Source: an uncultured Acidimicrobiia bacterium (GTDB lineage Bacteria; Actinomycetota; Acidimicrobiia; Spongiisociales; UBA4744). Taken from it: a DNA stretch of 63,974 nucleotides. Positions 10,496-20,688 of this stretch are shown here, in pieces. Within the stretch, counting starts at the first letter, position 1. Each line of letters opens with the position of its first letter. The notes under the pieces were generated by a model, which saw only the letters and a program-made list of their open reading frames with translations, did not search any database and was not told the DNA's origin. A program made the translations under genes and the position numbers. The stretch covers positions 1 to 63,974 of the forward strand of contig CAZBXV010000005.1 of NCBI GenBank assembly GCA_964496205.1. The letters are read 5' to 3'.

Positions 10496-11064
10496 CCTGC
10501 TCCCATGAGGTTCAACGCCATCCTATGCACTCTGGTATCCGCCGTCAGTTCCGGATGGAACGAGGCGGCCACGATCGAACCTTCCCTCACGAGCACCGGG
10601 TGACCTTCCACTTCTGCCATCACCTGAACCTTCGCCCCAACCCGCTCCACCCACGGTCCCCGGATGAACACGGCATGAAACGGATCATCGAGTCCCTCGA
10701 TTCGAAGGTTCGATTCAAAGGAGTCGTTCTGGCGCCCAAACGCGTTCCGTCGGACCGTGATGTCGAGGACACCGAGCTGCAACTGAGAACCCTCGGAGAC
10801 GCCTGCTGCGAGAAAGATCATCCCTGCACATGTGCCGAAGGTCGGCACGCCTGCCGCAATCGTTTCGCGAAGGGGTTCGACCATCCCGAAACGTTCCGCG
10901 AGACGAGCCATCGTGGTCGACTCGCCCCCCGGCAATACCAAACCATCCAGACCCTCGAGATCTGTAGGCACGCGGACCTCGCGTGTAGAGGCGCCAAGGG
11001 CATCGAGAATGCGCGCGTGTTCTCTCACATCGCCCTGAAGGGCGACAATCCCGATGTCTCCCAC
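10492..11064 (-). CDS. pdxT: pyridoxal 5'-phosphate synthase glutaminase subunit PdxT
   Basis: 190 aa. GVLALQG-like start; GTCAG nucleophile elbow; FHPE. Confidence 0.92.
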   Translation of the reverse strand: MGDIGIVALQGDVREHARILDALGASTREVRVPTDLEGLDGLVLPGGESTTMARLAERFGMVEPLRETIAAGVPTFGTCAGMIFLAAGVSEGSQLQLGVLDITVRRNAFGRQNDSFESNLRIEGLDDPFHAVFIRGPWVERVGAKVQVMAEVEGHPVLVREGSIVAASFHPELTADTRVHRMALNLMGAG

Positions 11065-11066
11065 GC

Positions 11067-11948
11067 CTACCAGCCTCGCGTCTGAAGCATCTCCGCGTCG
11101 GAGAGCTGTGACATCTCGATGCCGGGCATAGGCTCGCCCAGTCCTCGTGAGACCTTCGCGAGCATCTCCGGATCCTGGAAGAACGTCACTGCATCCACGA
11201 TGGCTCTCGCCCTCGGCGCGGGATCTTCACTCTTGAAGATGCCTGATCCAACGAAGACGCCTTCACACCCCAGCTGCATCATGAGTGCGGCGTCCGACGG
11301 CGTGGCAATACCTCCGGCGGCGAAGTTGACGACGGGAAGCTTTCCCGTTTCGGCCACCTCTCGCACGAGTGTCACCGGCGCTCCGAGTGCCTTCGCAGCG
11401 GCTGCCAGCTCCTCGGGGCCTAGCGTCGTGAGCGCCCGCAATTCCCTGTTCACCGTCCGCATGTGCCGCACTGCCTCGACGATGTTGCCTGTCCCGGCCT
11501 CACCCTTCGTGCGAATCATCGCGGCACCTTCACCAATGCGCCGGAGTGCTTCGCCCAGGTTGCGTGCGCCACACACGAACGGCGTGGTGAACTGCCACTT
11601 GTCGATGTGATGCTCCTCGTCGGCAGGGGTAAGCACCTCACTTTCGTCGATGTAGTCCACGCCAAGTGCCTGGAGCACCTGTGCCTCGACGAAATGGCCG
11701 ATTCGGGCTTTCGCCATGACGGGGATGCTCACCGAGCTCATGATCTCTTCGACCTTGGTAGGATCCGCCATTCTCGCGACCCCACCTTCCTTGCGGATGT
11801 CGGCAGGGACACGTTCCAATGCCATGACTGCGACTGCGCCCGCTTCCTCTGCGATCATTGCCTGTTCGGCATCGACGACGTCCATGATGACCCCGCCCTT
11901 GAGCATTTCCGCGAGGCCCCGCTTGACCAGGTCTGTCCCACGTTCCAC
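11067..11948 (-). CDS. pdxS: pyridoxal 5'-phosphate synthase lyase subunit PdxS
   Basis: The track ORF (to 12140) overlaps the upstream gene. GTG at 11948 is preceded by AAGGAGG (reverse complement of 11953-11960) and gives a 293-aa product. LKGGVIMDV and [13 protein letters not shown] motifs. Confidence 0.93.
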   Translation of the reverse strand: MERGTDLVKRGLAEMLKGGVIMDVVDAEQAMIAEEAGAVAVMALERVPADIRKEGGVARMADPTKVEEIMSSVSIPVMAKARIGHFVEAQVLQALGVDYIDESEVLTPADEEHHIDKWQFTTPFVCGARNLGEALRRIGEGAAMIRTKGEAGTGNIVEAVRHMRTVNRELRALTTLGPEELAAAAKALGAPVTLVREVAETGKLPVVNFAAGGIATPSDAALMMQLGCEGVFVGSGIFKSEDPAPRARAIVDAVTFFQDPEMLAKVSRGLGEPMPGIEMSQLSDAEMLQTRGW

Positions 11949-11961
11949 GTTCGTATCCTCC

Positions 11962-13017
11962 TTACCCCTCAATTCTACCGGCGGTCCGATCGATGGCTCG
12001 TCGGTAGACGGACAACCAGGTCTCGAAGACCATCGACCAGTCGAACGTTCCCGCCCGTGCGCGTGACTCTTCTCCCATCCGACTGCTTTCCGCAGGATCT
12101 TCGAGGAGTCCGACCAGCGCATCGGCCAGGCGGCTCCCATCCCCCACCGGGACGTGAATCGCCGCTCCGCCGGCGACCGCTAGGAACGCGGGAAGGTCGC
12201 TCGCCACGACGGCGCATCCAGCGGCCATTCCCTCGATGAGTGTGATGCCGAAGCTCTCCCCGCCTGTGTTGGGGGCGCAGTAGATGCCCGAACCCGACAA
12301 CACCTCACGCTTTCGATCGTCGTCGACGGCCCCCTCGAAGCGCACCCCGGGGATGGTGACACTCCTCCGGGGCCCAACGGCCACCAGCTCCGCATCTGGG
12401 ACCGAGGCACGAACCTTCGTCCAGGCGGCCAGCAGCACATCCAGACCTTTGCGAGGATCATCCCTCCCAACGAACGCGACCTGCCGGCCGTTCCGAGGAA
12501 CGTTGGGGAATCCGACGACGTCAACGGCATTTGGTACAACCTCCACGTTCGGTGCGAACCCCCGGACCGCCGCCGCCGCGTCCTCGCTTGCCGCCGTGAG
12601 AACACCCATCTTGTCGATCAGCTTTCCAAGGAGAGGACCTCCATGTCTGTAGATCCTTCGAACGATCTGACCGGGCTCTGCGTGGAACGTTCCGACGGTC
12701 GGCTGATCCCCACCGATCCATGCCGCCGGTCCGACCACCGGGAGAAGCGGTTCGTGAACGTGTACGACGTCTGCTCCGTGGATGGCTTCCTTCACACGCT
12801 GGATCGAGAATGGATCGAGACACACGGGCGCAGTGGCATCGTTCGCTTCGATGGCGGTCGCGTTCCCTACCGAGATCCAGCTCCCATCGGACTCGCCCGG
12901 CCCAACCAGCACAGCATCATGCCCGTTGTCACGCAGATGCCGGGTGAGTCCCCGCGCCTGGTCCTGTACGCCACCATGCCGGTCCAGCGCATAGGGACTG
13001 ACGATTGCCACCTTCAC
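11962..13017 (-). CDS. pimA: GT4-family glycosyltransferase, PimA-like phosphatidylinositol mannosyltransferase
   Basis: VKVAIVSPY...HGGVQ N-terminus and [14 protein letters not shown] (E-x7-E region). GTG at 13017 overlaps the stop of the upstream acyltransferase (GTGA). ATG at 13062 is the alternative start. Operon context pgsA-acyltransferase-pimA matches mycobacteria. Confidence 0.8.
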   Translation of the reverse strand: MKVAIVSPYALDRHGGVQDQARGLTRHLRDNGHDAVLVGPGESDGSWISVGNATAIEANDATAPVCLDPFSIQRVKEAIHGADVVHVHEPLLPVVGPAAWIGGDQPTVGTFHAEPGQIVRRIYRHGGPLLGKLIDKMGVLTAASEDAAAAVRGFAPNVEVVPNAVDVVGFPNVPRNGRQVAFVGRDDPRKGLDVLLAAWTKVRASVPDAELVAVGPRRSVTIPGVRFEGAVDDDRKREVLSGSGIYCAPNTGGESFGITLIEGMAAGCAVVASDLPAFLAVAGGAAIHVPVGDGSRLADALVGLLEDPAESSRMGEESRARAGTFDWSMVFETWLSVYRRAIDRTAGRIEG

Positions 13018-13880
13018 CTGGATCTCCTGTCGGATGGCCAGTTCGGTTGTACGATGTGCCACTGGGTCGGCGCCCGCCGGATCAGTTCTTCGAGGGCCCG
13101 GGCGATTTGCTCCGTTCCCTCAACGAGGTTCTCCTCAGGTGTTCCCGACGTCGGCATCTCGACCGCTTTCTCGACGACGAGGACGTGTCCTCTCCCCTTC
13201 TTGAAATAGGCGGCGACCGGAAACACCGGCACGTCGTGCCGGATTCCGAGCGTTGCCGCACCAGCCGGCATAGTGGTTCGCTCCCCGAAGAAGTCCACTT
13301 CGACTCCCCCACGGCTGACGTTGCGATCCATGACCAGTGCAACCGCTGCTCCTCGATCGAGCGCTTCTCCCAACCTCGCGATAATCCGGGGTTCGTTCGC
13401 CAGCACAACGTCGATACCGAGCTGGCGACGGATGTCGATGAACCAGTCGACGACATCGTTGTCGGGAAGAGCCTCAGCGACGGCGATCAACTCCAGCCCG
13501 AGATCGTGGGCGACCGTGCCGGCGACCTCCCAATTGCCGATGTGGGGAAGCGCGAAGATCATGCCCGTGCCGGCGTCTCGCGCTGCCTCCGCCCGCCACA
13601 CTCCATCGCGCTCGATTGCATCGAGGATCCCTGGAACTCGATGAGGACGCACCCAGAATGCCTCGGCCCAGTACCTCCCGTACGCCGCAAACGCCTGCTT
13701 TGCGGCATCCTCTACTTCGTGTTCGGACCCCATGACTCGGGACATGTGCCGAATCACCATCTGGCGACGCCATCCGCCGCGCCGGTAGGCCTGCCGACCG
13801 CCCAGCTCACCCACTCTGCGCATGACCGCCTCCGGAAGCCACCCTCCAACGGCGATGCCGAGCTTGTAGAAAGTGTTCAC
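13014..13880 (-). CDS. lysophospholipid/lauroyl (HtrB/PatA-like) acyltransferase
   Basis: The track ORF of 484 aa is over-extended through pgsA. GTG at 13880 overlaps the pgsA stop (GTGA) and gives 288 aa. The LPHIGNWE motif (HX4D/E-type acyltransferase box) is present. Confidence 0.75.
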   Translation of the reverse strand: MNTFYKLGIAVGGWLPEAVMRRVGELGGRQAYRRGGWRRQMVIRHMSRVMGSEHEVEDAAKQAFAAYGRYWAEAFWVRPHRVPGILDAIERDGVWRAEAARDAGTGMIFALPHIGNWEVAGTVAHDLGLELIAVAEALPDNDVVDWFIDIRRQLGIDVVLANEPRIIARLGEALDRGAAVALVMDRNVSRGGVEVDFFGERTTMPAGAATLGIRHDVPVFPVAAYFKKGRGHVLVVEKAVEMPTSGTPEENLVEGTEQIARALEELIRRAPTQWHIVQPNWPSDRRSR

Positions 13881-14512
13881 TCGCCGAGTCGTTTCCAGCC
13901 GATTCGGAAGCGCTGCGCGACCGTGAACCACACCAGAACCACCATCACCCACAGCATCGGTCCTACCAGACCGAAGATGAGCCCTGCACCGAACAGAATC
14001 AACCGCTCTGCTCTTCCCATCAAACCGCCTCGCCCGTCTGAGCCCCCGGCTTCGACCTTGGCTCTCAGATACGGGATGAGCAGCGACCCTCCCAGAGAGA
14101 CGGCCCCAAGGCCAACCCAGAGCGGAGTGTGGGCAACCGCCGCCATCAGACCGGCCCACATGGCGGTCTCCTCCACCCTGTCTGTCACCGAGTCGAGCAA
14201 TGCTCCCCGTGCAGAAGCAGTTCCCCGGGCCCTCGCGACCGCGCCGTCGAGCGCGTCGATCGCGGAACCCACCAGAACGACCCCAGCTCCGAGCGCCAGC
14301 CGGCCCGTCCCTATCATCGCGGCCCCGGCGACCGCAACGGCCAGTCCGAAGATGGTCACGTGCCACGCCCGAACACCGACGCGAGCGAGCCCCTTTCCGA
14401 TCGGCGCAAGCAGGAGGTTTGCTCTCGAACGAGCCTTCATCTCGATCATGGGTGCTGCAACGTACCACATGACCATCAACCCGACCCCGGCGGACCCTCC
14501 GGTCGCCACCAC
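13877..14512 (-). CDS. pgsA: CDP-alcohol phosphatidyltransferase (phosphatidylinositol-phosphate synthase-like)
   Basis: 211 aa, multi-TM. The motif DALDGAVARARGTASARGALLDSVTDR matches D-G-x2-A-R-x8-G-x3-D-x3-D. The true start may be internal (MIEMKARSR, about 14449). Confidence 0.8.
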   Translation of the reverse strand: MVATGGSAGVGLMVMWYVAAPMIEMKARSRANLLLAPIGKGLARVGVRAWHVTIFGLAVAVAGAAMIGTGRLALGAGVVLVGSAIDALDGAVARARGTASARGALLDSVTDRVEETAMWAGLMAAVAHTPLWVGLGAVSLGGSLLIPYLRAKVEAGGSDGRGGLMGRAERLILFGAGLIFGLVGPMLWVMVVLVWFTVAQRFRIGWKRLGE

Positions 14513-14542
14513 TAGAATCGTCGCAAAACGTCAGGAGGTCAT

Positions 14543-16588
14543 GTGGTCCCGGAGAACATCAGGAACGTCGTCTTGGTTGGACACGGCGGGAGCGGCAAGA
14601 CCTCCCTGGCAGAAGCGCTGCTCTTCACCGCCGGCCAGACAACACGACTCGGCAACACTGGAGACGGCAACACCGTCACAGATTTCGAGCCCGAGGAGAT
14701 CGAACGAGAGTTGTCCCTCGGGCTTTCCACTGCGTCGATTCCGTGGGGAAAGACCAGGATCACGATCATCGACACTCCCGGGTATGCAGACTTCGTGGGT
14801 GAGGCACGTTCGGCCCTCCGGGCCGCCGACCTCGCCGTGTTCGTGGTATCGGGAGTGGACGGTGTCGAGGTGCAGACCGAAGCGCTCTGGCAGTTCGCCG
14901 GAGACGAGGGACTTCCGAGGCTTATCTTCGTCAACAAGCTCGACCGCGAGCGTGCATCCTATCAATCGACACTCGCACAACTGAGGGATGCCTTCGGCAA
15001 GGGCGTTGCCCCCGTACAGGCCCCTATCGGCTCCGAATCCGACCTATCCGGTCTCGTTCGAATCGTCTCCAACACCGCAGTCGAGTACTCCGGCGGCAAT
15101 CCGAAGGGAAGGCCGGGCACCGCACCCGAGTCGATGACGGATGTTCTGTCCGAAATGCACACCGCGCTCGTGGAGTCGGTCGTGGAGACCAGCGATGAGC
15201 TGCTCGAAGCCTATTTCGAAGGTGTGGAACCGGACAGAGCCACGATCGTGGAGGTCACCCGTCAAGGAATCCTCACGGGAGAGATCCAGCCGGTGTTGTG
15301 CGGGTCCGCAACCCAGCTCATCGGCATCGACACTCTGGCCGAGTTCATCGCCGAATTCGGGCCCAACCCGCTGGAACGTGCTCCTGTGCCGCTCGCCGAT
15401 GGCGGCACGTTGCCGCTCGACGGAGGCCCGGTCGCCTACGTATTCAAGACGACATCGGACCCCTACGTCGGTCGTATCTCCCTGATGCGGGTCTTCTCCG
15501 GGACCATCCACGCCGACGACGTCCTGGAATCCTCGGCAGGCGAGAAAGTTCGCGTCCACAACCTGTTCTCGATGCAGGGCAAGGAACACAACGACATCTC
15601 CGATCTGGTGGCCGGCGACATCGCCGCGGTTGCGAAGGTCGAGAACCTCAGGCCCGGCGACACCCTTCATGCAGCCGGATCATCCGTCACGATCGCACCG
15701 GTGGCCATGCCGAAACCCGTGATGAGCGTGGTCGTCTCACCCCACTCCTCCCAGGACGAGGAAAAGCTGTCGACGGCACTGTCTCGCATCACCGAGGAAG
15801 ACCCGACGCTCGAGGTCGAGCGACGCGCGGAAACCAAGGAAACGGTTCTCTCGGGTCTCGGAGACACACATTTGGATGTAGCCGTCGCCCGCCTCGCAAG
15901 GAAGTTCGGGGTCGAGGTGGAGACATCGATTCCGACGGTTCCCTATCGCGAGACCATTGGCGCAACCACCCAGGCGGAGGGCAAGCACAAGAAGCAGAGC
16001 GGCGGTCGGGGCCAGTACGGCGTGGCGTTCGTTCGGTTCGAACCGCTTCCCCGAGGATCCGGGTACGAGTTCGTCGACGAGATCAAGGGGGGCTCAATCC
16101 CACGCCAGTACATCCCTGCTGTCGACAAGGGGGTCCAGGAGGGCCTCGGACGAGGCATTCTCGCCGGCTACCCGGTAACCGACGTTCGTGCGGTCGTCTA
16201 CGACGGGAAGTACCACTCGGTCGATTCCGACGAACTGTCTTTCCGCATGGCCGGAATCATGGCCGTGAGAACTGCATCGCCGAATCTGCGTCCGACGCTT
16301 CTCGAACCGATCGTGAAGGCTCGCATCGTCGTCCCCGAGGACTACATGGGCGACGTCATCGGAGACCTCAATTCCAAGCGCGGCCGAATTCTCGGCATGG
16401 ACACCGATGGGAAGTACCGAATCGTCACCGCCGAGGTTCCTTTGGCGGAAATGCAGAGATACGCCATCGATCTCCGGTCGATGACGGGTGGACGGGGTAG
16501 TTTTGAAATGGAGTTCGATCACTACGAGGAGGTTCCCAGGCAGGAGGCCCAGAAGGTCATCGCTGCGGCTCAGGAAGAAGAGGCGTAG
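14543..16588 (+). CDS. elongation factor G paralogue (EF-G2-like translational GTPase)
   Basis: 681 aa. G1 GHGGSGKT, G3 DTPGYADF, G4 NKLD. EF-G domains IV/V present (SGGRGQYG). AGGAGG lies 6 nt upstream of the GTG start. Confidence 0.9.
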   Translation: MVPENIRNVVLVGHGGSGKTSLAEALLFTAGQTTRLGNTGDGNTVTDFEPEEIERELSLGLSTASIPWGKTRITIIDTPGYADFVGEARSALRAADLAVFVVSGVDGVEVQTEALWQFAGDEGLPRLIFVNKLDRERASYQSTLAQLRDAFGKGVAPVQAPIGSESDLSGLVRIVSNTAVEYSGGNPKGRPGTAPESMTDVLSEMHTALVESVVETSDELLEAYFEGVEPDRATIVEVTRQGILTGEIQPVLCGSATQLIGIDTLAEFIAEFGPNPLERAPVPLADGGTLPLDGGPVAYVFKTTSDPYVGRISLMRVFSGTIHADDVLESSAGEKVRVHNLFSMQGKEHNDISDLVAGDIAAVAKVENLRPGDTLHAAGSSVTIAPVAMPKPVMSVVVSPHSSQDEEKLSTALSRITEEDPTLEVERRAETKETVLSGLGDTHLDVAVARLARKFGVEVETSIPTVPYRETIGATTQAEGKHKKQSGGRGQYGVAFVRFEPLPRGSGYEFVDEIKGGSIPRQYIPAVDKGVQEGLGRGILAGYPVTDVRAVVYDGKYHSVDSDELSFRMAGIMAVRTASPNLRPTLLEPIVKARIVVPEDYMGDVIGDLNSKRGRILGMDTDGKYRIVTAEVPLAEMQRYAIDLRSMTGGRGSFEMEFDHYEEVPRQEAQKVIAAAQEEEA

Positions 16589-16656
16589 CGGGGAGGGAAC
16601 GAATCAGCGGGGGCGTGCCCCTCGGGCATGTCCTCGGGACAGCCCAAGGAGGCACG

Positions 16657-17955
16657 ATGGCACTCAAGGAAGCGCTAGAGCGGAAGATCGACGAGTGGAG
16701 GCCCCGAACAACGAGGCTCCTCAAGCAGTTCGGGGACGTCAAGGTCTCGGATGTCACGATCGCTCAGGCGATCGGAGGCGCCCGGGGTGTCCGCTGCCTT
16801 GTCACCGACATCTCGTATCTGGATCCGAATGAGGGAATCAGATTCCGAGGCCACACCATCCCCGAGACCTTGGCGATGCTGCCGAAGGTCCCTGGCAAGG
16901 AGATGCCCTACGTGGAAGGGCATATCTACCTCCTGCTCACCGGTGAGGTACCGACCGAATCCGAGGTCGAGGACCTCGTCGAGGATCTGAAGCGGCGCAG
17001 GGGTGTCCCCGGGTACGTCTTCGACATGCTTCGCTCGATGCCCCGCGACACACACCCGATGACCATGTTCTCCGCCGGTATCCTCGCGATGCAGCGGGAG
17101 TCCGAGTACGTGAAGGCCTACAACGCTGGACTCGGCAAGATGGACCACTGGCAGCCGACACTCGACGACGCCCTCAATCTCTGGGCAAGGCTGCCCGAGC
17201 TGGGTGCGTTCATCTATCGCCTCAAGTACAAGGGCGACACGCCGATCGCGTCCGATCCATCACTCGATCTCGGCGGCAATTTCGCGCACATGATGGGAAT
17301 CGATGACCCGTACGACGACGTTGCTCGCCTGTACTTCATCCTTCACTCCGACCACGAGAGCGGCAACGTCTCGGCCCACGCCGGGCATCTCGTGGCCAGT
17401 GCCTTGTCGGATGTCTACTACGCGGCCTCCGCAATGATCAACGGTCTCGCCGGCCCGCTTCACGGACTCGCGAACCAGGAGGTCTTGAGGTGGATCCAGG
17501 GCGTCATGGATCAGATGGGTGGCGAAGTCCCTACGGAAGAGAAGATGAAGGAATTCGTCTGGGACACGCTCAACTCCGGCCAGGTCATACCCGGTTTTGG
17601 ACATGCGGTGCTCCGCAAGACCGATCCTCGGTACGCCGAGCAGAGGAACTTCTGCCTGAAGCACCTGCCCGACGATCCGATCTTCAAGTACGTGGACGTT
17701 CTGTACAAGGTCGTTCCGCCGATCTTGGAGGAGCAGGGCAAGGCGAAGAACCCGTGGCCGAACGTCGATGCCCAGTCCGGTGTCATCCAGTGGCACTACG
17801 GCCTGCAGGAGTACGACTTCTACACGGTGTTGTTCGGCATCGGTCGTGCGCTCGGCGTCATGTCCAACGTCGTGTGGGACAGGGCGCTCGGCTACCCGAT
17901 CGAGCGACCCAAGTCGCTCACCACGGCAATGCTCGAGGACATCGCAGGAGCGTAG
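16657..17955 (+). CDS. citrate synthase
   Basis: GLAGPLHGLANQEV, HSDHE and GFGHAVLRKTDPR motifs. ATG at 16657 is preceded by AAGGAGG. The track start at 16615 is a likely over-extension. Confidence 0.9.
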   Translation: MALKEALERKIDEWRPRTTRLLKQFGDVKVSDVTIAQAIGGARGVRCLVTDISYLDPNEGIRFRGHTIPETLAMLPKVPGKEMPYVEGHIYLLLTGEVPTESEVEDLVEDLKRRRGVPGYVFDMLRSMPRDTHPMTMFSAGILAMQRESEYVKAYNAGLGKMDHWQPTLDDALNLWARLPELGAFIYRLKYKGDTPIASDPSLDLGGNFAHMMGIDDPYDDVARLYFILHSDHESGNVSAHAGHLVASALSDVYYAASAMINGLAGPLHGLANQEVLRWIQGVMDQMGGEVPTEEKMKEFVWDTLNSGQVIPGFGHAVLRKTDPRYAEQRNFCLKHLPDDPIFKYVDVLYKVVPPILEEQGKAKNPWPNVDAQSGVIQWHYGLQEYDFYTVLFGIGRALGVMSNVVWDRALGYPIERPKSLTTAMLEDIAGA

Positions 17956-17967
17956 AAAGGATCGAGA

Positions 17968-18005
17968 GAAGGGGGTGGGTTCCGACGTCGGAACCCACCC
18001 CCTTC
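17968..18005. terminator. 38-nt perfect palindrome between convergent genes; candidate bidirectional terminator hairpin
   Basis: GAAGGGGGTGGGTTCCGACGTCGGAACCCACCCCCTTC, read directly from the sequence. Lies between the citrate synthase stop and the MMPL stop. No clear U-tract. Confidence 0.55.
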
Positions 18006-18080
18006 CTCATGAGCATCTCGTTCTCGAGTCCGGTTGCTCGACAGCGCTCCGGGCAGCGCTCACTCTCGATCCGAGTTCGT

Positions 18081-20636
18081 CTACTCCTTGTCCAGCAGTC
18101 CGTGAGCCGCGAGGCGTTCCCTGTCGAAGGTGGTTGTGTGGCGTTTGCGATGCCACGAGTCCCACAGGGCGAGCATCGACGGTAACACCAGCACCGACGC
18201 GACGAGCGCCGCTCCGAGCGCAAACACGGTCACCTCGCCCATTTGCTGCATCGGCTTGAGGGAGGACGTCATCAAGATACCGAAGCCCGCCATCGTCGTG
18301 AACGCAGAGCCTGCAAGGGCCGCTCCCGTGTGACGGGCCGTCGATCGGATCGCTTCCTCCTGATCCTCGTAGCGAATCCGGTCCTCTTCGAACCGGTGCG
18401 TCACGTGGATGGTGAACGGGACTCCGATGCCGATCGCCATCGCCGACAACGTTGCCGTGACCGGATTGAAGGAAATGCCGAACAGGGCCATCATCCCGAA
18501 CGTCCACAGTACGACCAGCGCCACCGGCAGAATGGTGATCACACCGAGGAACGGCCGCCGCGTCTCGACCCAGAAGTTACCGATCAGCAGCAGCATTGCG
18601 ACGACGATCGCGACGAACAGCGAACGGATCTGTGAGTTCGACAGGCTCTCGACGATCACCGACGAAATGATGTTCGTCGATGTAGGCGTTGCGGTCAGAC
18701 CGGCATCGGTCACCGACGTGAAGTCTCCCCTCAGGTTGGCGAGCAGGTCGCTTGCCCGCTCCTCACCGCCGGAGGTGGAGATGATGAACTGGGCCGCCGT
18801 ATAGGCGCCGTCACTGTCCTGATGGAGTACCCGGCCTGCGTCCTCCGGTGCTGCAGCCAGAGCCGCATCGTAGATCGCGCCCACGTCCGCAGTTGACGAG
18901 ATCGTGAGGTCCTGTTGCAGTCCTGCCGCGCCTGCAGTCTGAAGGAATGTCTGGTCACCAGATTGCGCAAGTGTGGCGATGACGCTCAGAGGGGATTCAG
19001 CCGCCGCATTCCCACCGTAGGTCACCACGTCGGGCGTGTCGGCCAGGTCGTTCGACGCCGTCACCATCGCGTCGTACGCCGCCGGTGTTGCAACATCACC
19101 CTTGATCAACACGTTCGTTTGCTCGCCAAACCCGCCTGAGAACTCCCTGTCCAGCGTCTGGAACGCGGCAACCGCCGGAGAATCGGACGGAAGGAAGTCG
19201 GTCAAGCTGAACGTCGTCTTGAGCTGGCTCAGCCCGTACGCGCCCAGTCCGCCGAGGACAAGGGCGACAACCAGTGTGATGACTGGTACCCGCTCGGCCA
19301 GGACAGCGGTGCGGGCTGCGATGCGGGGAAGGGCGCGCTCGCCGCTGGCAGCCGCGAACATCTCCGAATGAAGACGGCCTCCCTCCTCGGCTCGCCGGTC
19401 GAGGAGAAGCCGGATCGCTGGAAGCAGGGTGAGCATGAGGACGAACGCGGCGAGGATCCCGACCGCTGTGAGAATGCCAAAGTCCTTCAGCCCAGGGATC
19501 GGTGAGATCAGGTTCGTGAGGAATCCGACCGCCGTCGTGATGGTGGCGAGGATGAGTGCTACACCGACGGTGCTGATCGCACGGGTTGTCGCCGAACTGA
19601 CGCTTCTCCCGAGTCCGATCTCTTCGCGGTAGCGGCCCGTGAGGTGGATGGCGTAGTCGACGCCCAGGCCGATCAGCAGAATGGGCACGATCTGAGTGAT
19701 CTCGTTGAGGTTCCCGATGATCCCGAGGTAATCGGGTCCCAGCAGGACACCCAGACCCTGCATCCAGACGATTGCAGTCATGATCACGAGGAGCGTCATC
19801 GCAACGTCTGCCGCCGAGCGTCGCACACTGCTCCAGCGTGAACGCCCGCCGCGTGGACGCACCCAGTAGACGTAGCTCAGGATCAGCAAAATGATCAGGA
19901 ACGCGCTGATGAACAGACGAGCGACCTCTTTGGAGAAGTCGAATTCGCCTCCGAACAGCAGGAGGGTGCTGAACGCTTGCACCTTGATCGCATCACTCGA
20001 GTACTGCTCGGCAGCATTGGCGGCCGCCTGCTCGACGTCGATGATTCCGGTCATCCCGTTCTGAATGGACGAAGTGTCGAGGAACACGACGACCAGGCCG
20101 GCCGGAGCCGTCGCCTCGTCCAGGTTCGCGTTCGACGATACGAGCGCCTTCAAGTAGTCGGCCTGCGCGGCCGGAGCCTGAGACATCACCAGCTTGTAGA
20201 ACTGGTGAACCTGGTCATCCGTGAGGCCGTCCAAGGGAATCCCTTGCATGTTGGCCGCCTGGATGACCCCTCCCAGGTACGACACGATGCCGGCCCTATC
20301 GGACCGATCGGAGATGTGCTGACCGGCAGCGCTGGCCCGGATGGCCTTGTCGATGGACTGGACCGTCGCAACGCCGTCTGCGCTGATCACGTCTTCGCCC
20401 GACAGGATGATCTGCATCACCTGCTCGTTGCCACCGGTCGAAAACAGCTGCTCGATCTCGTTGGAGGCCTGGATCTCGGGAGTGTTCGGAGCGAAGCCCT
20501 CCTGACCGCTGGTCACAACTGCCTTGGAGGCGAAGAAGCCAAGTACTGCGGTTACCAGTATGACGGCGCCGACCGTCCACCATGGAAAACGGCGAACGAC
20601 GGCGGAGATTGCACCAACGAAAGGCTTCACGAACAC
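18081..20636 (-). CDS. MMPL/RND-superfamily membrane transporter
   Basis: 851 aa. Two 6-TM bundles, each followed by a large soluble loop. GVDYAIHL and GIGVPFTIHV motifs. Confidence 0.85.
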   Translation of the reverse strand: MFVKPFVGAISAVVRRFPWWTVGAVILVTAVLGFFASKAVVTSGQEGFAPNTPEIQASNEIEQLFSTGGNEQVMQIILSGEDVISADGVATVQSIDKAIRASAAGQHISDRSDRAGIVSYLGGVIQAANMQGIPLDGLTDDQVHQFYKLVMSQAPAAQADYLKALVSSNANLDEATAPAGLVVVFLDTSSIQNGMTGIIDVEQAAANAAEQYSSDAIKVQAFSTLLLFGGEFDFSKEVARLFISAFLIILLILSYVYWVRPRGGRSRWSSVRRSAADVAMTLLVIMTAIVWMQGLGVLLGPDYLGIIGNLNEITQIVPILLIGLGVDYAIHLTGRYREEIGLGRSVSSATTRAISTVGVALILATITTAVGFLTNLISPIPGLKDFGILTAVGILAAFVLMLTLLPAIRLLLDRRAEEGGRLHSEMFAAASGERALPRIAARTAVLAERVPVITLVVALVLGGLGAYGLSQLKTTFSLTDFLPSDSPAVAAFQTLDREFSGGFGEQTNVLIKGDVATPAAYDAMVTASNDLADTPDVVTYGGNAAAESPLSVIATLAQSGDQTFLQTAGAAGLQQDLTISSTADVGAIYDAALAAAPEDAGRVLHQDSDGAYTAAQFIISTSGGEERASDLLANLRGDFTSVTDAGLTATPTSTNIISSVIVESLSNSQIRSLFVAIVVAMLLLIGNFWVETRRPFLGVITILPVALVVLWTFGMMALFGISFNPVTATLSAMAIGIGVPFTIHVTHRFEEDRIRYEDQEEAIRSTARHTGAALAGSAFTTMAGFGILMTSSLKPMQQMGEVTVFALGAALVASVLVLPSMLALWDSWHRKRHTTTFDRERLAAHGLLDKE

Positions 20637-20688
20637 TCCCTCTCAGTGAGGTCAGAATATGTGCTTGCTGGAGGTAGCAGAAATCCCG

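Noticed and set aside
11949-12140. 5' extensions of track ORFs. The coordinates given are for pdxS. The other extensions are 29378-29533, 34133-34693, 35598-35753, 40670-40828, 41706-41825, 44272-44334, 53206-53298, 59866-59910, 60579-60851 and 22615-22809.
   Set aside because: Each extension overlaps the upstream gene or lacks similarity to the family N-terminus. In each case an internal start with an SD and/or a stop-start overlap gives the canonical N-terminus.
13881-14468. N-terminal 196 codons of the 484-aa acyltransferase ORF in the track
   Set aside because: This stretch lies over pgsA in another frame and is Arg/Gly-rich. The GTGA-coupled GTG at 13880 gives an acyltransferase of normal length.
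13005-14984. 659-aa plus-strand ORF spanning three minus-strand lipid genes and the EF-G start
   Set aside because: The product is Pro/Arg/Ser-rich with no motifs. It crosses several well-supported genes and a divergent promoter region.
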